A DNA stretch of 64,000 nt, from assembly GCA_951406725.2 (NCBI GenBank), contig OX597814.1, forward strand, positions 47,740,001 to 47,804,000. Reading direction: 5' to 3'. Each line of letters begins with the position of its first letter. The stretch's first letter is position 1. Made by a program: the position numbers and the translations under genes. This stretch comes from Octopus vulgaris (taxonomy: Eukaryota). A model generated the notes under the pieces. The model was not told where the DNA came from, made no database searches, and saw only the letters and a program-made list of their open reading frames with translations. Positions 40,655 to 53,467 of the stretch are shown here, one piece after another.

Positions 40655-40791
40655 CAGTTCGCCGCAATATAAAGCCATACAGGAAAAATTAGCCGTCACT
40701 ATGTGTGACTGTGGGTGCTAAAAGCACAGTTATTGTTAGAAATAAGAATTAAAACTCTTATCGCGGCTTGAAAAGTACAATTCTACCCTCT

Positions 40792-40842
<51 letters not shown>

Positions 40843-41228
40843 AAATACCAAATTAGTGATACATAATTTTGTAATACATGATGAAAATATTCTTAATTAA
40901 ATGATGATAATGGTAATCTTATTGCTAGCTTTCTTTAAATTATTGTTATATTTTTGAGGAAATGGCTTCACAATCCATTATTAAACGCATTCATGATTTT
41001 GCTGTCGTTATTGTTTCTACAGTATATTTGGCACAGTTGATTAAAGTTTTGCATTCGTATTCTGCCTGGCTCATTATAGAACCAACAAATTGGTTCCAGT
41101 GTACACTTACAAATGGCAAAGTCGACCAGGCAAAAGGGCTAGCCGTCGAGACGGAACGAAATGCAATAAAGTGTTTTAGTTCGATGCGCCAATGTTGCCA
41201 TTCTTACACACACACACACGCACGCACG

Positions 41229-41298
<70 letters not shown>

Positions 41299-41387
41299 TT
41301 TCAATTTATTCAAATCATTTCTCCTTTTCTTTGAGAGTCACTAACGGTCACCTCCTACTGTTCTCTCCACCACTATACTTTAATGAT

Positions 41388-41949
41388 CATTGGACACTTT
41401 GCATCAAGTATGGACTTGACAGAGCAAAAATTTGGTACGACCACAAACCCAAAGGCATCGTCGAAAATAAAAATACAAAGATCCTATGGGATTTTATGAT
41501 TCAGTGCGACCATGAGATAGAGAAGAGGAAGCCAAAGATAGTCTTAATTGAGAAGGAAAGCAAACTATACAGGATCATAGATATAGCATGTCCAGCTGAC
41601 AACAAGGTATGCGATAAGGAAGAAAGAAAAGTTGAGAGATATGACAGGTTAGCTTGGGAAGTTAAGCAGTTGTGGTCGATGAAAAAGGTAGCAGTAGTAC
41701 CAATAATTGTCGGATCCCAGGGAACAGTGAGCAAAAATCTCGAGAAGTACGTGGAACAAATAGGGGCTGCAATAAGGGTGGAGCACTTGCAGAAAACAGC
41801 ACTGCTTGGAACCGCCCGAATACTCTGGAAGGTGCTCGAAAAATAAGAGGTGTTACCTTAGTTCACTGGTAGTGAACAGCTGACACTGCAGTACATCTCC
41901 AGCGTTAGAAGCTGTACAAATCAATAATAATAATGATGATAATAATAAT
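41388..41949 (+). pseudogene. R4/Dong-type restriction-like endonuclease domain, 3' UTR and (AAT)n
   Basis: KILWDFMIQCDHEIEKRKPKIV...IIDIACP...KVERY...VVPIIVGSQGTV...LQKTALLGTARIL; catalytic PD reads PK. Confidence 0.92.
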
Positions 41950-42453
41950 TGTTGCACAAGGCCAGAAATTTTAAGGAGGAGGGTTAATCAATTTTATCGA
42001 TCTTAGTGCTCAACTGGCACATATTCTATCGACCCTTCAACAAAAAACAGGAAATATGAATACCGGCAAAATTCGAATTCGTAACCAAATATAAGAAAGT
42101 ATTTCGACCAACGCTCTACTGATCCTACCATTCGGATAATAATGTATTCGTATTGATAATGTAAATAGCGTCTTCATATTGATTCTATAAATGTAATACA
42201 ATAAATACTGTAATGCTATAAAAAAAAACGTATTAGATAGTTTTATACTCTCAATATAAAGTATAATAGTGTGTTTGTATTGACTCTATAAAATATAATA
42301 GTGTTATCGTACTTACATTGTAAAGTATAAAAGAGTTTCTATATTGACACTATAATTTATAAACAATGTATTTGTATAGAAATTATAAAACATAAAACTC
42401 AGTGAGCGTAACTGAAACAGCATTAACTTAAAATCGCCATTTGTGCATTATAC

Positions 42454-42519
<66 letters not shown>

Positions 42520-42520
<1 letters not shown>

Positions 42521-42885
42521 AAATAGGGCAGGGCCTGTTAAGGAAAAGAAATTATGTTGCAGTGTACATGTATGTTGTGATCTTGAATTGGGCAGGGGAC
42601 GTATAGCCCGTGGTCCAAGTCTTGGATGAACCTTGAAGCTAATGTTTAGGTCGTTTGGGCAAAGTTGGCGGTATATTTTCCACTATATATATATATATAT
42701 TTTCCACTATATATATATATAGTGGAAAATATACCGCCAACTTTGCCCAAACGACCTAAACATTAGCTTCAAGGTTCATCCAAGACTTGGACCACGGGCT
42801 ATACGTCCCCTGCCCAATTCAAGATCACAACATACATGTACACTGCAACATAATTTCTTTTCCTCAACAGGCCCTGCCCTATTTA
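42520..42885. repeat. Near-perfect palindrome, about 165-bp arms, (TA)n centre
   Basis: 42520-42684 is the reverse complement of 42721-42885; one mismatch seen. Confidence 0.95.
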
Positions 42886-43197
42886 ACATTGTCCCGAGGG
42901 AGATCAAAGAGGAAAAGGATCCCATCAACTTTAAACAGAGTCTGGATAGATTCCTTCAAAGAATACCAGATAAGCCACCCATAATTGGATACAACTCACC
43001 CAACAAGAACTCATTACTTGAACAAAACTGGATACAACTCACCCAACAAGAACTCACTATTTGAACAAAACTTGACTCAAACAAAACTTGACTTAAACAG
43101 GATTCGAATAATCCTATCAGGTGGTGCTATTAAGTTAGACATGGCCTGGACCAATCTTTGGTCGAAACATATCTAAGTTTATCTAAGTCTAAGTTTA
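42721..43197 (+). pseudogene. CR1/L2-group LINE 3' end
   Basis: WKIYRQLCPND...HPRLG...NFFSSTGPALFNIVPREIK...FKQSLDRFLQRIPDKP...NSL; short-repeat tail (CTAAGT). Confidence 0.82.
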
Positions 43198-43869
43198 TAT
43201 ATATATATACCATGTAACAAGGCATGCTGGTGTTGTAGCATACATTTGCCTGAGGGAAAATCTCTTCATAGTCATAGCGTTTAGATGCATTGCATATTCA
43301 TTTAGTATGATACGCAGTTATCTATTTCAATTTAATGCTGTTTCAGTTGCGTTCACCGAGTTTTCTTACAGTTCGGCAAGCATTCCACTGTATCAGTGAA
43401 TGTGCTATTCATTGTTTCTTGTACTTCATTGTATCAAAGCACGACTTTCAAGCGTGTGACAAATGGGTACACGTAATTCACAAGCTCCAAGTAGGTTGAA
43501 ATGCATTTAACGTTCCCATGAGTTACAGCTGCGATGATATTTTATTTTGCTTCGATATATATTGTAGTTTTTGCACATGTCTATGAAGATAACCACAACA
43601 ACATGCCTTTCTACAATATGAAAGACAGGTGTTTTTATAAAGTATAATAGTGTATTCATATTATCACTACAAAGCATAATAGTATATCCATATTAACACT
43701 ATAACAATAAAATGTAACGTGCGGAAAACAATTAAGTTCAGGCCTGTCAAGAGACGTTGCTAATTTCTGTCAGTTAAGCATATATATCTTGCATGTTCTG
43801 GTAACAGTGAAACGGAGGACTTAAGATTGCAATAATACAAAGGAAATATCATTCAAAATAGAGTAAAAA

Positions 43870-45452
43870 CTAGCAGTTTAGCCCGGCATTAAGTTAGGCT
43901 TATTAAGCTAATCAAGTGCTTTGTTTCAAACCAAACTAAGTTACACTGACGTCAAATTTGAGCGAAATCCATTGAAATTGGTAAACGTCTGGCTGAGAAT
44001 GGGTTGCAGACAATTTGATTGGAAAATACCATAAGGAATCAGTTTATCGATTTTTCCACTCATCAATTTTTTTAAACTTAAAGCACCCAAAGATCCCATA
44101 AGTCCTAAGCAACGCCAGCATAAAGTTTGAACAAAATACGTCAAAATTAGTAAAAGTTACTGTTGAAAATGGGATGTGGCCAATTTTGGTGGGAAATCCT
44201 ATAAGGAATCGGTTTATTGATTTTTCATCCTGATTGAATGGAAAACCCCATAAGGAAACAGTTTATTGATTTTTCAACCCCAAAAAGACTTAACCGAACA
44301 CGACATTGCTGATTCAAAAAATTTATATTTATACTTTAAAGTTAGTTTTCACACCCAACCCAGCACTGCAGAATCAGTGTCACGACGTGAACGCATGGGC
44401 TGGGAGTTTGACCGGCAGAAGTGATCAGGTTGCACATGCCGGTCCTTTCGAACTCCCCATCATTATATAATCCCCCCTTGGCCCATGGGTTGGGAACCCT
44501 TCCGGCAAGGAAAATGTAACGCCCAAAAGGGCTCCCGACACTCTGTGTCAGAAGAGGTTATGTTCGGATCACAGCAAAAATTTAACCTAAGCCTAAACTA
44601 ACCTAGCGAAAGGGGGATCGGGAGCCTCTAAAAGGCAGCGACTAATCCCGATCTAGTCCTAACCCCTCCGAGGGGTACTATCGGTCAAAGCTGCATCGAA
44701 GATATGCATGGAGAAGGTTATTTCGGAGATCTGCATCGAAGGTCTGCATTGGAGACGGTTGCATCGAAGGTTTGTCCTGGATAAGGATACATCGAAGGTT
44801 TGCATTGGGGATTCGGATTGGAGTAACTTAGGAAAACTTACTAACAGCCTTAACAAAAGAATAAGGGGCCTGACCCTTCTAGCCTAACTCTATGAGCAAC
44901 TTGGCCAAGCGCGGATATCGGCCGAGAGAGCATTGTTGTCGGAAAAGTCAGCATTGTCCAATAAAGAAGGGGACGAGTCCATGAGTCATGTTGCCATGGT
45001 TTGAGAATATGTCCAGCCAATGCTTCCGGATTACCTGTTTATAACCACATAGGCTGCAATGATGACTTGTTCTTCTTTTTACGTCTATAAAACTTCGCTG
45101 TAGACAACAATGCATGTTCTGTCCTGAGGAGCATGCACAAAAAGAACGTTTCTACTCCCCACACGGGAGCAGGCCACATAACGTTGCCCATGTGAAAAGT
45201 ATGGCTTCTCCAAATGGATGCCTGCCACCAATAGTGTTTGGCCTTGGGATTTGTTGATGGACATGGCGAAGCATAGCCTCACCGGGAACTGCGGAAGTTA
45301 AACGGCATGTCTGACCCCGAGGGATAAAGGTGCATCCATGAAATGAAAACATTTTCTCCACTCTCGCACCCCGTAACAATGGTGGCCGCAATAAAGTGGG
45401 GCGTCAGGGACTTGACTACCAAGCGGGTCCCGTTGCACTGTTTAGGCGGATA
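43870..45452 (-). mobile_element. Helitron 3' part with PIF1-like helicase remnant
   Basis: CNGTRLVV and RLCFAMSINKSQGQTL...FSHGQRYVACSRV (45085-45452, frameshifted); minus-strand terminus GCCGGGCTAAACTGCTAG at 43870. Confidence 0.85.
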
Positions 45453-45974
45453 AAACGTGTACTCTTAATCCCATTTGAATTTTATTGATTGTGAAAACAT
45501 TTCTTAACAATAGGATATATTGTAAGTCTACACACACACACACACACTTGGTGTTGTTGTTGTGATACGTGTACTCTTTATCCCATTTGAGTTGTTGTTT
45601 TGAGGTGTTCCACTAATTGGATGGTAGTTTTTTTCGAGGTATTGATTAAAGCAGTGATTTATTTCTGGTATCACTATATCATCGAAGATTTTATAGCACG
45701 AGATAAGTTTCGGCGAGGACTATCCTTTGTTTTGAGTTACAGAGATCTATCAGCTGTTAGGGTACAGCGTTCGGTAAATTCCGTAAAAATATGTTACGTG
45801 TTTTTTGATGTGGAAACGTACATTTCATTTGATGTCAGCATAAAATGAAAGAGAGAGAAAATGTCAGGGATGTGTACATATGTTGATGGTGGGGTGCGAG
45901 ATAGAAAGCGTGTGTTTGAGAGAGAGAGAGAGAGGGGAGAAGGCGTGTGTTGATGCGTGTGTGTGTGTGTGTGA

Positions 45975-46019
<45 letters not shown>

Positions 46020-46076
46020 TGGCAGCGTACATTTTATAATTTATTTTCCTCGCATCTTTTTTGAGTGAGTGATTGA

Positions 46077-46242
46077 GTATTTCGTCTGTTTTTACGTTCT
46101 ATGTTCAAATTCCGCCGAGGTCGACTTTGCCTTTCATCCTTTTGGGGTCGATAAATTAAGTACCAGTTGCGTACTGAAGTCGATCTAATCGACTGGCCCC
46201 CTCTCTCCAAAAATTTCGAGCCTTGTACCTAGAGTAGAAAAG
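46077..46242 (+). mobile_element. SINE family B, 5'-truncated
   Basis: Starts at GTATTTCGTC; tail type 2. Confidence 0.85.
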
Positions 46243-46890
46243 TATATTAATTTTATGTTTGAAAGAAAAGCTGCTTCTTTATGTACATGCTTCTGCGGGT
46301 GTGTAAATGGGCGGGCGCATATAATTACATGTGTGAGTACCTCTGTATATGTGTAGATGTATCTGTAGTGAGTGGCGTGCTATATACATACACACGCAAG
46401 CACACACATATATACATACTTATGAGTAGGTGTGTGTGTGTCTAGCTGTCTAATTATAGATATTTAATTCTGAGAGTGGTTTGAACGACAAAATCGAATG
46501 ATTTTGGATTTGTTGTTGGTATTTAATTCACAGACCATATTAAGAAGAATTAAAACTATAATAACAGGAAATAAATATTTTGGAAAAGTCACTAATTAAA
46601 CGGTATTAGCATAATCCACAGTGTGCAACTAATAATCCTCTGGCAATATTTTATGTAAATCTTCTACCACCTGGTTGTTTACTATGATTGTTAACTGCCT
46701 TTTTGCATTTTTCTTGAATTGTATGGAGAAACCTATTAAACTATCTTACTATCCTCAAGAACACTGGAAGGTGATTAATTTGCAGGATCAGATATAATAG
46801 AGCGAGAGAGAGGGAGAGGGAGAGAGACAGAGAGAGAGAGTAAGGGAGAGAAATGGCTCTGTTTGTGTGTGCGCGTATGTATGTGTGTGT

Positions 46891-46947
<57 letters not shown>

Positions 46948-47230
46948 TGTGTGTGTGTATACGTGTGAGTACCTTTGTGGTAAACCACCCGCTGGACGAT
47001 TGGTCGAGTGATACCCAATATTTCGTATAGAAACTTCTCATGAATGAACACACAACGTTCCATTTAAGATAGTAATGTTTTTTTATTTATTTATTTATTT
47101 ATTTTCAAGAACAACTTATCTGTCACGCAAAGAGATTTTTAGTCAATATAGAATTTCAGCATTACGCCCGTAATTTGATTTGAAATAAAAAATAGCAAAA
47201 TTATATATCAATATTAGAGAGTAGATTAAG

Positions 47231-47865
47231 ACGGCGAGTTGGTTGGATCGTTTGCACGCCGGGAAATATATCGGCATTTCGTCTGCCTTTACGTTCTAAG
47301 TTCAAATTCTGCCGAGGTCAACTTTGCCTTTCATCCTTTCGGAGCCAACAAAATATGTACCAACTGAGCGCAGGGGTCGATGAAATCGACTATCCCCTCT
47401 CCCGAAATTGCTGGCCTTGTGCCAAATTTTGAAACTAGTATTAAGGTGTAGATTGAGAAATGGTAGATTTGCAGAAATAAAAAACATCAGAAAATACCTT
47501 GCGATTTTTGTGTCCGTTCATATTCTGAGTTCAAATTCTGCCATGGTCAACTTTGTTTTTTACCTCTCCGTGGTCGATAAAATAAAATATAATTATTGAG
47601 ATCAACTTAATCGGCTATTCCTCTCTCGACAAAATTTCTGTTCTTGTGTCTATGTTAGAAACAGTATGAGGCAGTGGAGTGGCAGAAATTACGTCTTTAC
47701 AGATTCTAAGTTCAAATCGCGCTGTAATCAACTATATCTATTTTCTTTTCATCTGCCGAAGTCGTTAAAATAAAGAAGTATTAATTAATTACTGGCGAAA
47801 TTTTAATCCACTAACCCTTCCCTCTCTCAAAACAATTTCTGACCTTCGGCGTATTAATTTAGAAA
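47231..47865 (+). mobile_element. Three head-to-tail diverged SINE family B copies
   Basis: Three TTCT(A/G)AGTTCAAAT motifs, each followed by a tail-2-like end. Confidence 0.72.
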
Positions 47866-48187
47866 TCAATATTAGAACGTCTTAACGTAAAGTATAAAGC
47901 CAATGTTAAAATAAGAGATAATATGATTGTTACTAGATTAGCTTTTAACTTGAAGCAAAAAGACTAATTATTATTTAATACATTATAGTAATTAGTTGGG
48001 CGGTTTGGGATTCTGAGTTCAAATATTGCCTGAGTAACAAGATACTAGATAATCTGGATTTTGTAATTGTTTTATCAAGTGCCTGCCCTGAGAGATGAGA
48101 CCTATGATCAAGAGGGTTCCAGATGTGCCCATCGCACCTTATTTTCAAACATAGTGTATCCACGATTACAATATCAGCAGTGTCCAA

Positions 48188-48942
48188 GGCGGTGAGCTGG
48201 CAGCAACGTTAGCACGCCGGGGTCGGTAAATTAAGCACCAGTTACGCACTGGGGTCGATGTAATTGACTTGATCCGTTTGTCTGTTCTTGTTTGTCCCCC
48301 CCCCTATGTTTAGCCCCTTGTGGACAATAAAGAAATAAGAAACGTTAACATGCCGGGCGAAATGCTTAGCGGGTTTCGTCTGCGGTTACATTCTGAGTTC
48401 AAATTCCGCCGAAGTCAACTTTGCCTTTCATCCTTTCGGAGTCGATAAATTAAGTAGCAGTTACGCACTGGGGTCGATATAATCGACTTAATCCGTCTGT
48501 TTGTCCTTGTTAGTCCCCTCTGTGTGTAGCCCCTTGTGGACAGTAAAGAAATAGGTATTTCGTCTGTCTGTCTTTACGTTCTGAGTTCAAATTCCGCCGA
48601 GGTCGACTGTGCCTTTCATCCTTTCGGGTCGATTAAATGAGTACCAGTTACGCACTGGGGTCGATATAATCGACTTAATCTATCTGTCTGCCCTTGTTTG
48701 TCCCCTCTGTGTGTAGCCCTTTGTGGGCAATAAAGAAATAAGAAACGTTAGCACGTCGGGCAAAATGCTTAGCGGTATTTCGTCTGCCGTTACGTTCTGA
48801 GTTCAATTTCTGCCGAGGTCGACTTCGCCTTTCATCCTTTTGGGGGTCGATAAATTAAGTACCAGTTGCGTATTGAGGTCGATCTAATCGACTGCCCCTC
48901 CTTCCTTGAAAATTTCGGGCCTTGTGCCTAGAGTAGAAAAGC
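48188..48942 (+). mobile_element. SINE family B tetramer with a single TSD, nested in family C
   Basis: Units start near 48188, 48338, 48554, 48741; ATATCAGCAGTGT at 48171-48183 and 48943-48955. Confidence 0.9.
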
Positions 48943-49773
48943 ATATCAGCAGTGTTCTACTTCTAAGATATGGTATGATATGAGAAAGATTTGGTAGATA
49001 CTTTTAGTTGATCAGGGCACTAAGCAGAGGGTCCGACATTAATTCCGTTATTATACAATGGTCTTATTTTATAAATAATAGGATTAACCTATAATACTGG
49101 TCCTCTCGACTTACTGACATAATGACTAATTTATATGCATGCTAAATGTGCTTACATCACAGAAAGAAACTTAGTTGTTTTACATCATCACAATTCTATT
49201 TTACATAATAACATGTATTAAGCCATATATTTACATATTATATCGATAAAAAAAATCCATGCCACGAGAACTTGACATTAAATTTTAAACTTGCAGTTTG
49301 TTTTCTTATTTCACCTCTGTCATGTTTCTGTATATCTTTCACACACATACACACACACACATTTCGGTAGTCTTATGTTTACTAAAGTTGGCAGGGTTTT
49401 AATATTCATCGTCATTGTACATAATCCATGCATGTATGAATATCCACGTTTTTCATCTACATAAATGCAAACGCGCGCGCGCGCGTACACTCACACATAC
49501 ACACATTTCAAATACGTTAAAGTTCTTTGGGTTTAAATGTTCATTATCATTGTACATAATCACCGCTAGTATGCATGTATGTGTGTATGTATGTATGTAT
49601 GTATGTATGTATGTATGTACTCGACTACGTACATGCAAACACACACACACTCACACATAAATGCATTTATACATATACGTTGAAAGAGAGGGATAGAGAG
49701 AGAAAGAGAAGGAAATAGAGAAAGTTAAAGAGATAAGAATATGTGTATATATTGATTATATACAAATAACTTG

Positions 49774-49850
<77 letters not shown>

Positions 49851-49865
49851 ATATATATATGTATG

Positions 49866-49903
<38 letters not shown>

Positions 49904-49919
49904 TATCTGTGTGTGTATG

Positions 49920-49952
<33 letters not shown>

Positions 49953-50845
49953 GTATGTATATATATATATATATAGGGAAAATATGTTAATGAAAATGAG
50001 GAGACAACGCGATAAAGAGAGAGTAGTTGAGTAAATGCGCGCGCGTGTGTATGTGAGGGAGGGAGGAAGGGAGCGGGAGAGAGAGAGAGAGAAACTTAAT
50101 AAAAATGATTTCAGTGGACCATAAAAGATGAACAAAGAGGTAAGAGATGAGGTCAGCAAATAAAATATAAAAAAAAAAAAATCAATGCACAGTAGAGTTC
50201 CGGGAGCTTTCTTGATGCTTTTCAATACATACAGATATTGACACACGAATTACTGCAGGCCAAAAAATATAAGATGAAGAGATGAGGAAAAAGAAAAAAA
50301 AATTAGAAACTGCTATTATAGATTCAACTAAGCGTTTGTGAAGAAGTCATATGCCTATTGTGAACGTGTCTCATTGAACCGGAGCCTAAGAGATAATTCC
50401 CTTTTAAAATTGCTAATCCTTTTGGATAACTCAGAACGGACTTACTGGAAGATCTAAGGTTTGCTGTTGGGGTATTAACTGGATAGCGGGGATTACTTTG
50501 AGGCAGAGGTTTGTGACATATTCTTAAAACTTAGAATGAAACGAATTTTCTGGACGTAACCTGACCAGAATTAAACAGTTCAAAAAGAATGAATTGAATT
50601 AATTTCTATATACATTTTGACTGTTGTTGAATTGGGTGAAACAAGAGATAAGCTGCCAAATAGCTGAGACGAATGTAGTTTCAATCTCTTTACTTACTCA
50701 GCGATACTCCTGGTAGAAAATGTCATATATAGGTGCAGATATAGCCATATATCAAGTAATTCGCTTTACAATCACATGATTCCGAGTTCGAGTCGCCAGC
50801 GCAAAGACTGTATGTGTATATGACATATGAATACGCTTGTGTAAA

Positions 50846-51257
50846 GCGGCGAGCTGGCAGAGACGTTAGCACGCCGGGCGAAGTGCTTCGCGGTATTTCG
50901 GCCGTCGCTACGTTCTGAGTTCAAATTCCGCCGAGGTCGACTTTGCCTTTCATCCTTTCGGGGTCGATAAATTAAGTAGCAGTTACGCACTGGGGTCGAT
51001 GTAATCGACTTAATACCTATGTCTGTCCTTGTTTGTCCCCTCTGTGTTTAGCCCCTTGTGGGTAATAAAGAAATAGGTATTTCGCCCGTCGCTACGTTCT
51101 AAGTTCAAATTCCGCCGAGGTCGACTGTGCCTTTCATCCTTTCGGGGTTGATAAATTAAGTAGCAGTTACGCACTGGGGCCGATGTAATCGACTTAATCC
51201 GTTTGTCTGTCCTTGTTTGTCCCCTCTATGTTTAGCCCCTTGTGGGTAGTAAAGAAA
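50846..51257 (+). mobile_element. SINE family B dimer with 18-bp TSD
   Basis: ATATGAATACGCTYGTGT at 50825-50842 and 51261-51278; appears nested in an old family A-like copy (about 50735-51690). Confidence 0.9.
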
Positions 51258-52459
51258 CATATATGAATACGCTCGTGTGTTTATGCATTGTTGTTTTGCC
51301 CTAGGCCAGAGCTGTTAGAGAAGAACTATAATCAAAGGCATTCAAACAATCGTTTAAAGGATGTTAAAGCAACATTATTGAATGTCTTCTCATTTTATTT
51401 ATGAGGTTAGATGTCATTAAAATTTGACTGTAATTTCTAGCAACTCGAGCGACCATATAGAGGCTGTCTTGTTGGTTCGTCTGTATCCGAACACATGTTA
51501 ACGCAAAACGGTATTGATTAGTCGCCCTTTATGATAAAAGGTAGCCTAACCATACAATAAGCAGAGATCGATAAAATAAGTATGAGGCTGAAATAAATAA
51601 CACTGATGTTAATATGGAGAAAAAAAAAGAAAACCCATTGAAGTCGGTAGCCCAGCATAACCGCAGCTCAATGACTGAAGCAGATAAATGAATTAAATAA
51701 TATACCCCAATTCTTGCCTCCTTAAAAATTAGCTATTTGTGCCTTGACAAAAGGGGACTAATATTTCCATGGTTGTTGGCGAGCCGAGTAAACCATGAAG
51801 TAAGTTACCGACTGGGTAAAACTGAAATCAGTTTTGGTTTTCATTTGAAGTCTGTTCACAATGCTCTTTCTTTGGCGCCTTTGAGAAAAACGTACATAAC
51901 ACTGAATCGCGTTCATCTCCAAAAAACATGTGACATTTCATTTTGAGAAATATTTCGCTTTCTTTACTGTTTTCAGATTTACATGTCAGGAATATATGAT
52001 CGTTTTACCTGTTAAACTTGTGGCCAGATCTCAAGTATCGGAAGCGTGCTCATATACATAAAAGCACACATACACTTTCGACTGCCTTTAAAAAAAAGAT
52101 AGAAGAGTGTATTGCCTAATGTAGTCTGAATTAAAACTACATCTGAAAAGCTATGTGGCCATAGAATCGCACTGGTCATGGGTTTACCTGATCAGGGCTG
52201 GCGAACAACGACAACAAAAACAATAAATAAATCAACGCTTTAATAGAACTATACTTCGTCAACTATAACTTATCATTGTCCAACCTAAGATAGCAACTCA
52301 TCGAAAGCCATGCTATCAGTCACACAGTTGAACCAATGTTCTTATGGTCTATAATTATCAAACCATAACCATTACTTAGCTAGGATCGTAGTTATCACTA
52401 ACACAATTAAACAATCGACTCAAATTCATGCACTGTAGGAATATCAAATATACATATAT

Positions 52460-52687
52460 ATTCCTTTACTTCCCATAAGGGAACACAGAGGGGACAAACA
52501 AGGACAGACAAACGGATTAAGTCGATTACATCGACCCCAGTGCATAACTGGTACTTAATTTATCGACCCCCGAAAGGATGAAAGGCAAAGTCGACCTCGG
52601 CGGAATTTGAACTCAGAACGTAACGGCAGACGAAATACGGCTACGCATTCCGCCCGGCGTGCTAACGTTTCTGTCAGCTCGCCGCCT
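52460..52687 (-). mobile_element. SINE family B monomer with 16-bp TSD
   Basis: TCAAATATACATATAT at 52444-52459 and 52688-52703. Confidence 0.92.
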
Positions 52688-53467
52688 TCAAATATACATA
52701 TATTGTAATAGTTTTATTTTATTGTTCAATCCAGACTTCATGAATTGAGACGCCAAAGTGTGAAATAATTTTGCATTCTATGACTAATTCTCGTAGTCAA
52801 TATGGTGCCACACTAATTATACTTCTTTTTATAGTGAGATTCAGTTTATTAAAATTATTTAAGCTAACTCAACGTTACTGTTTACACTTATGCGAAAACA
52901 AAATGTAAAGAAAAAAAAAGAAAAAAATCTCCGTAAAAATATATAATTTGAAAGTTAATGAAGTCTTCGCAATGTGCGTTAATAAGTATGGAACTGTTTC
53001 CAGTTCATAACCATGTTTTTTTTAAATGCATTACTAAAGACTAATTGCTCTTTCTAAAAGTAGTAATACGTATTTCAAATTAATTGAATCATTGGTTATA
53101 TATTCAAAAGGATCAGACAAGGTCTGTTTCAACATATGACTTCACATCAAGGATCTTACAAATCAAATACAAACACGAGGTTATATCCAGTTTAGAAAAA
53201 AAAAGCTGTAATCCTTTCTGAAATCTACACTAAAACGTTAACAGCTAGAATTAATTACATATTAATTATCACTGACTTTTTAGCTCAACATTAAAATTAA
53301 CATTTACTTGACATAATTTTCTATTTAAATAATATTAAACATATTAATTTCTGGTACGTATCATTTTCTTCTTACTACTACCGACATCATTAATATGTGC
53401 GTTTAATTAGTTTACACACAGACACACACACATAGTGTGTGTGAGCATATGTGTGTATGTATATATA

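Noticed and set aside
40962-41846. 294-aa ORF as an intact gene
   Set aside because: Chance fusion of unrelated sequence, (CA)n and a truncated LINE endonuclease with a mutated catalytic motif
48188-48942. CRISPR-like array
   Set aside because: Units are 150-215-bp SINE monomers with no unique spacers or cas genes
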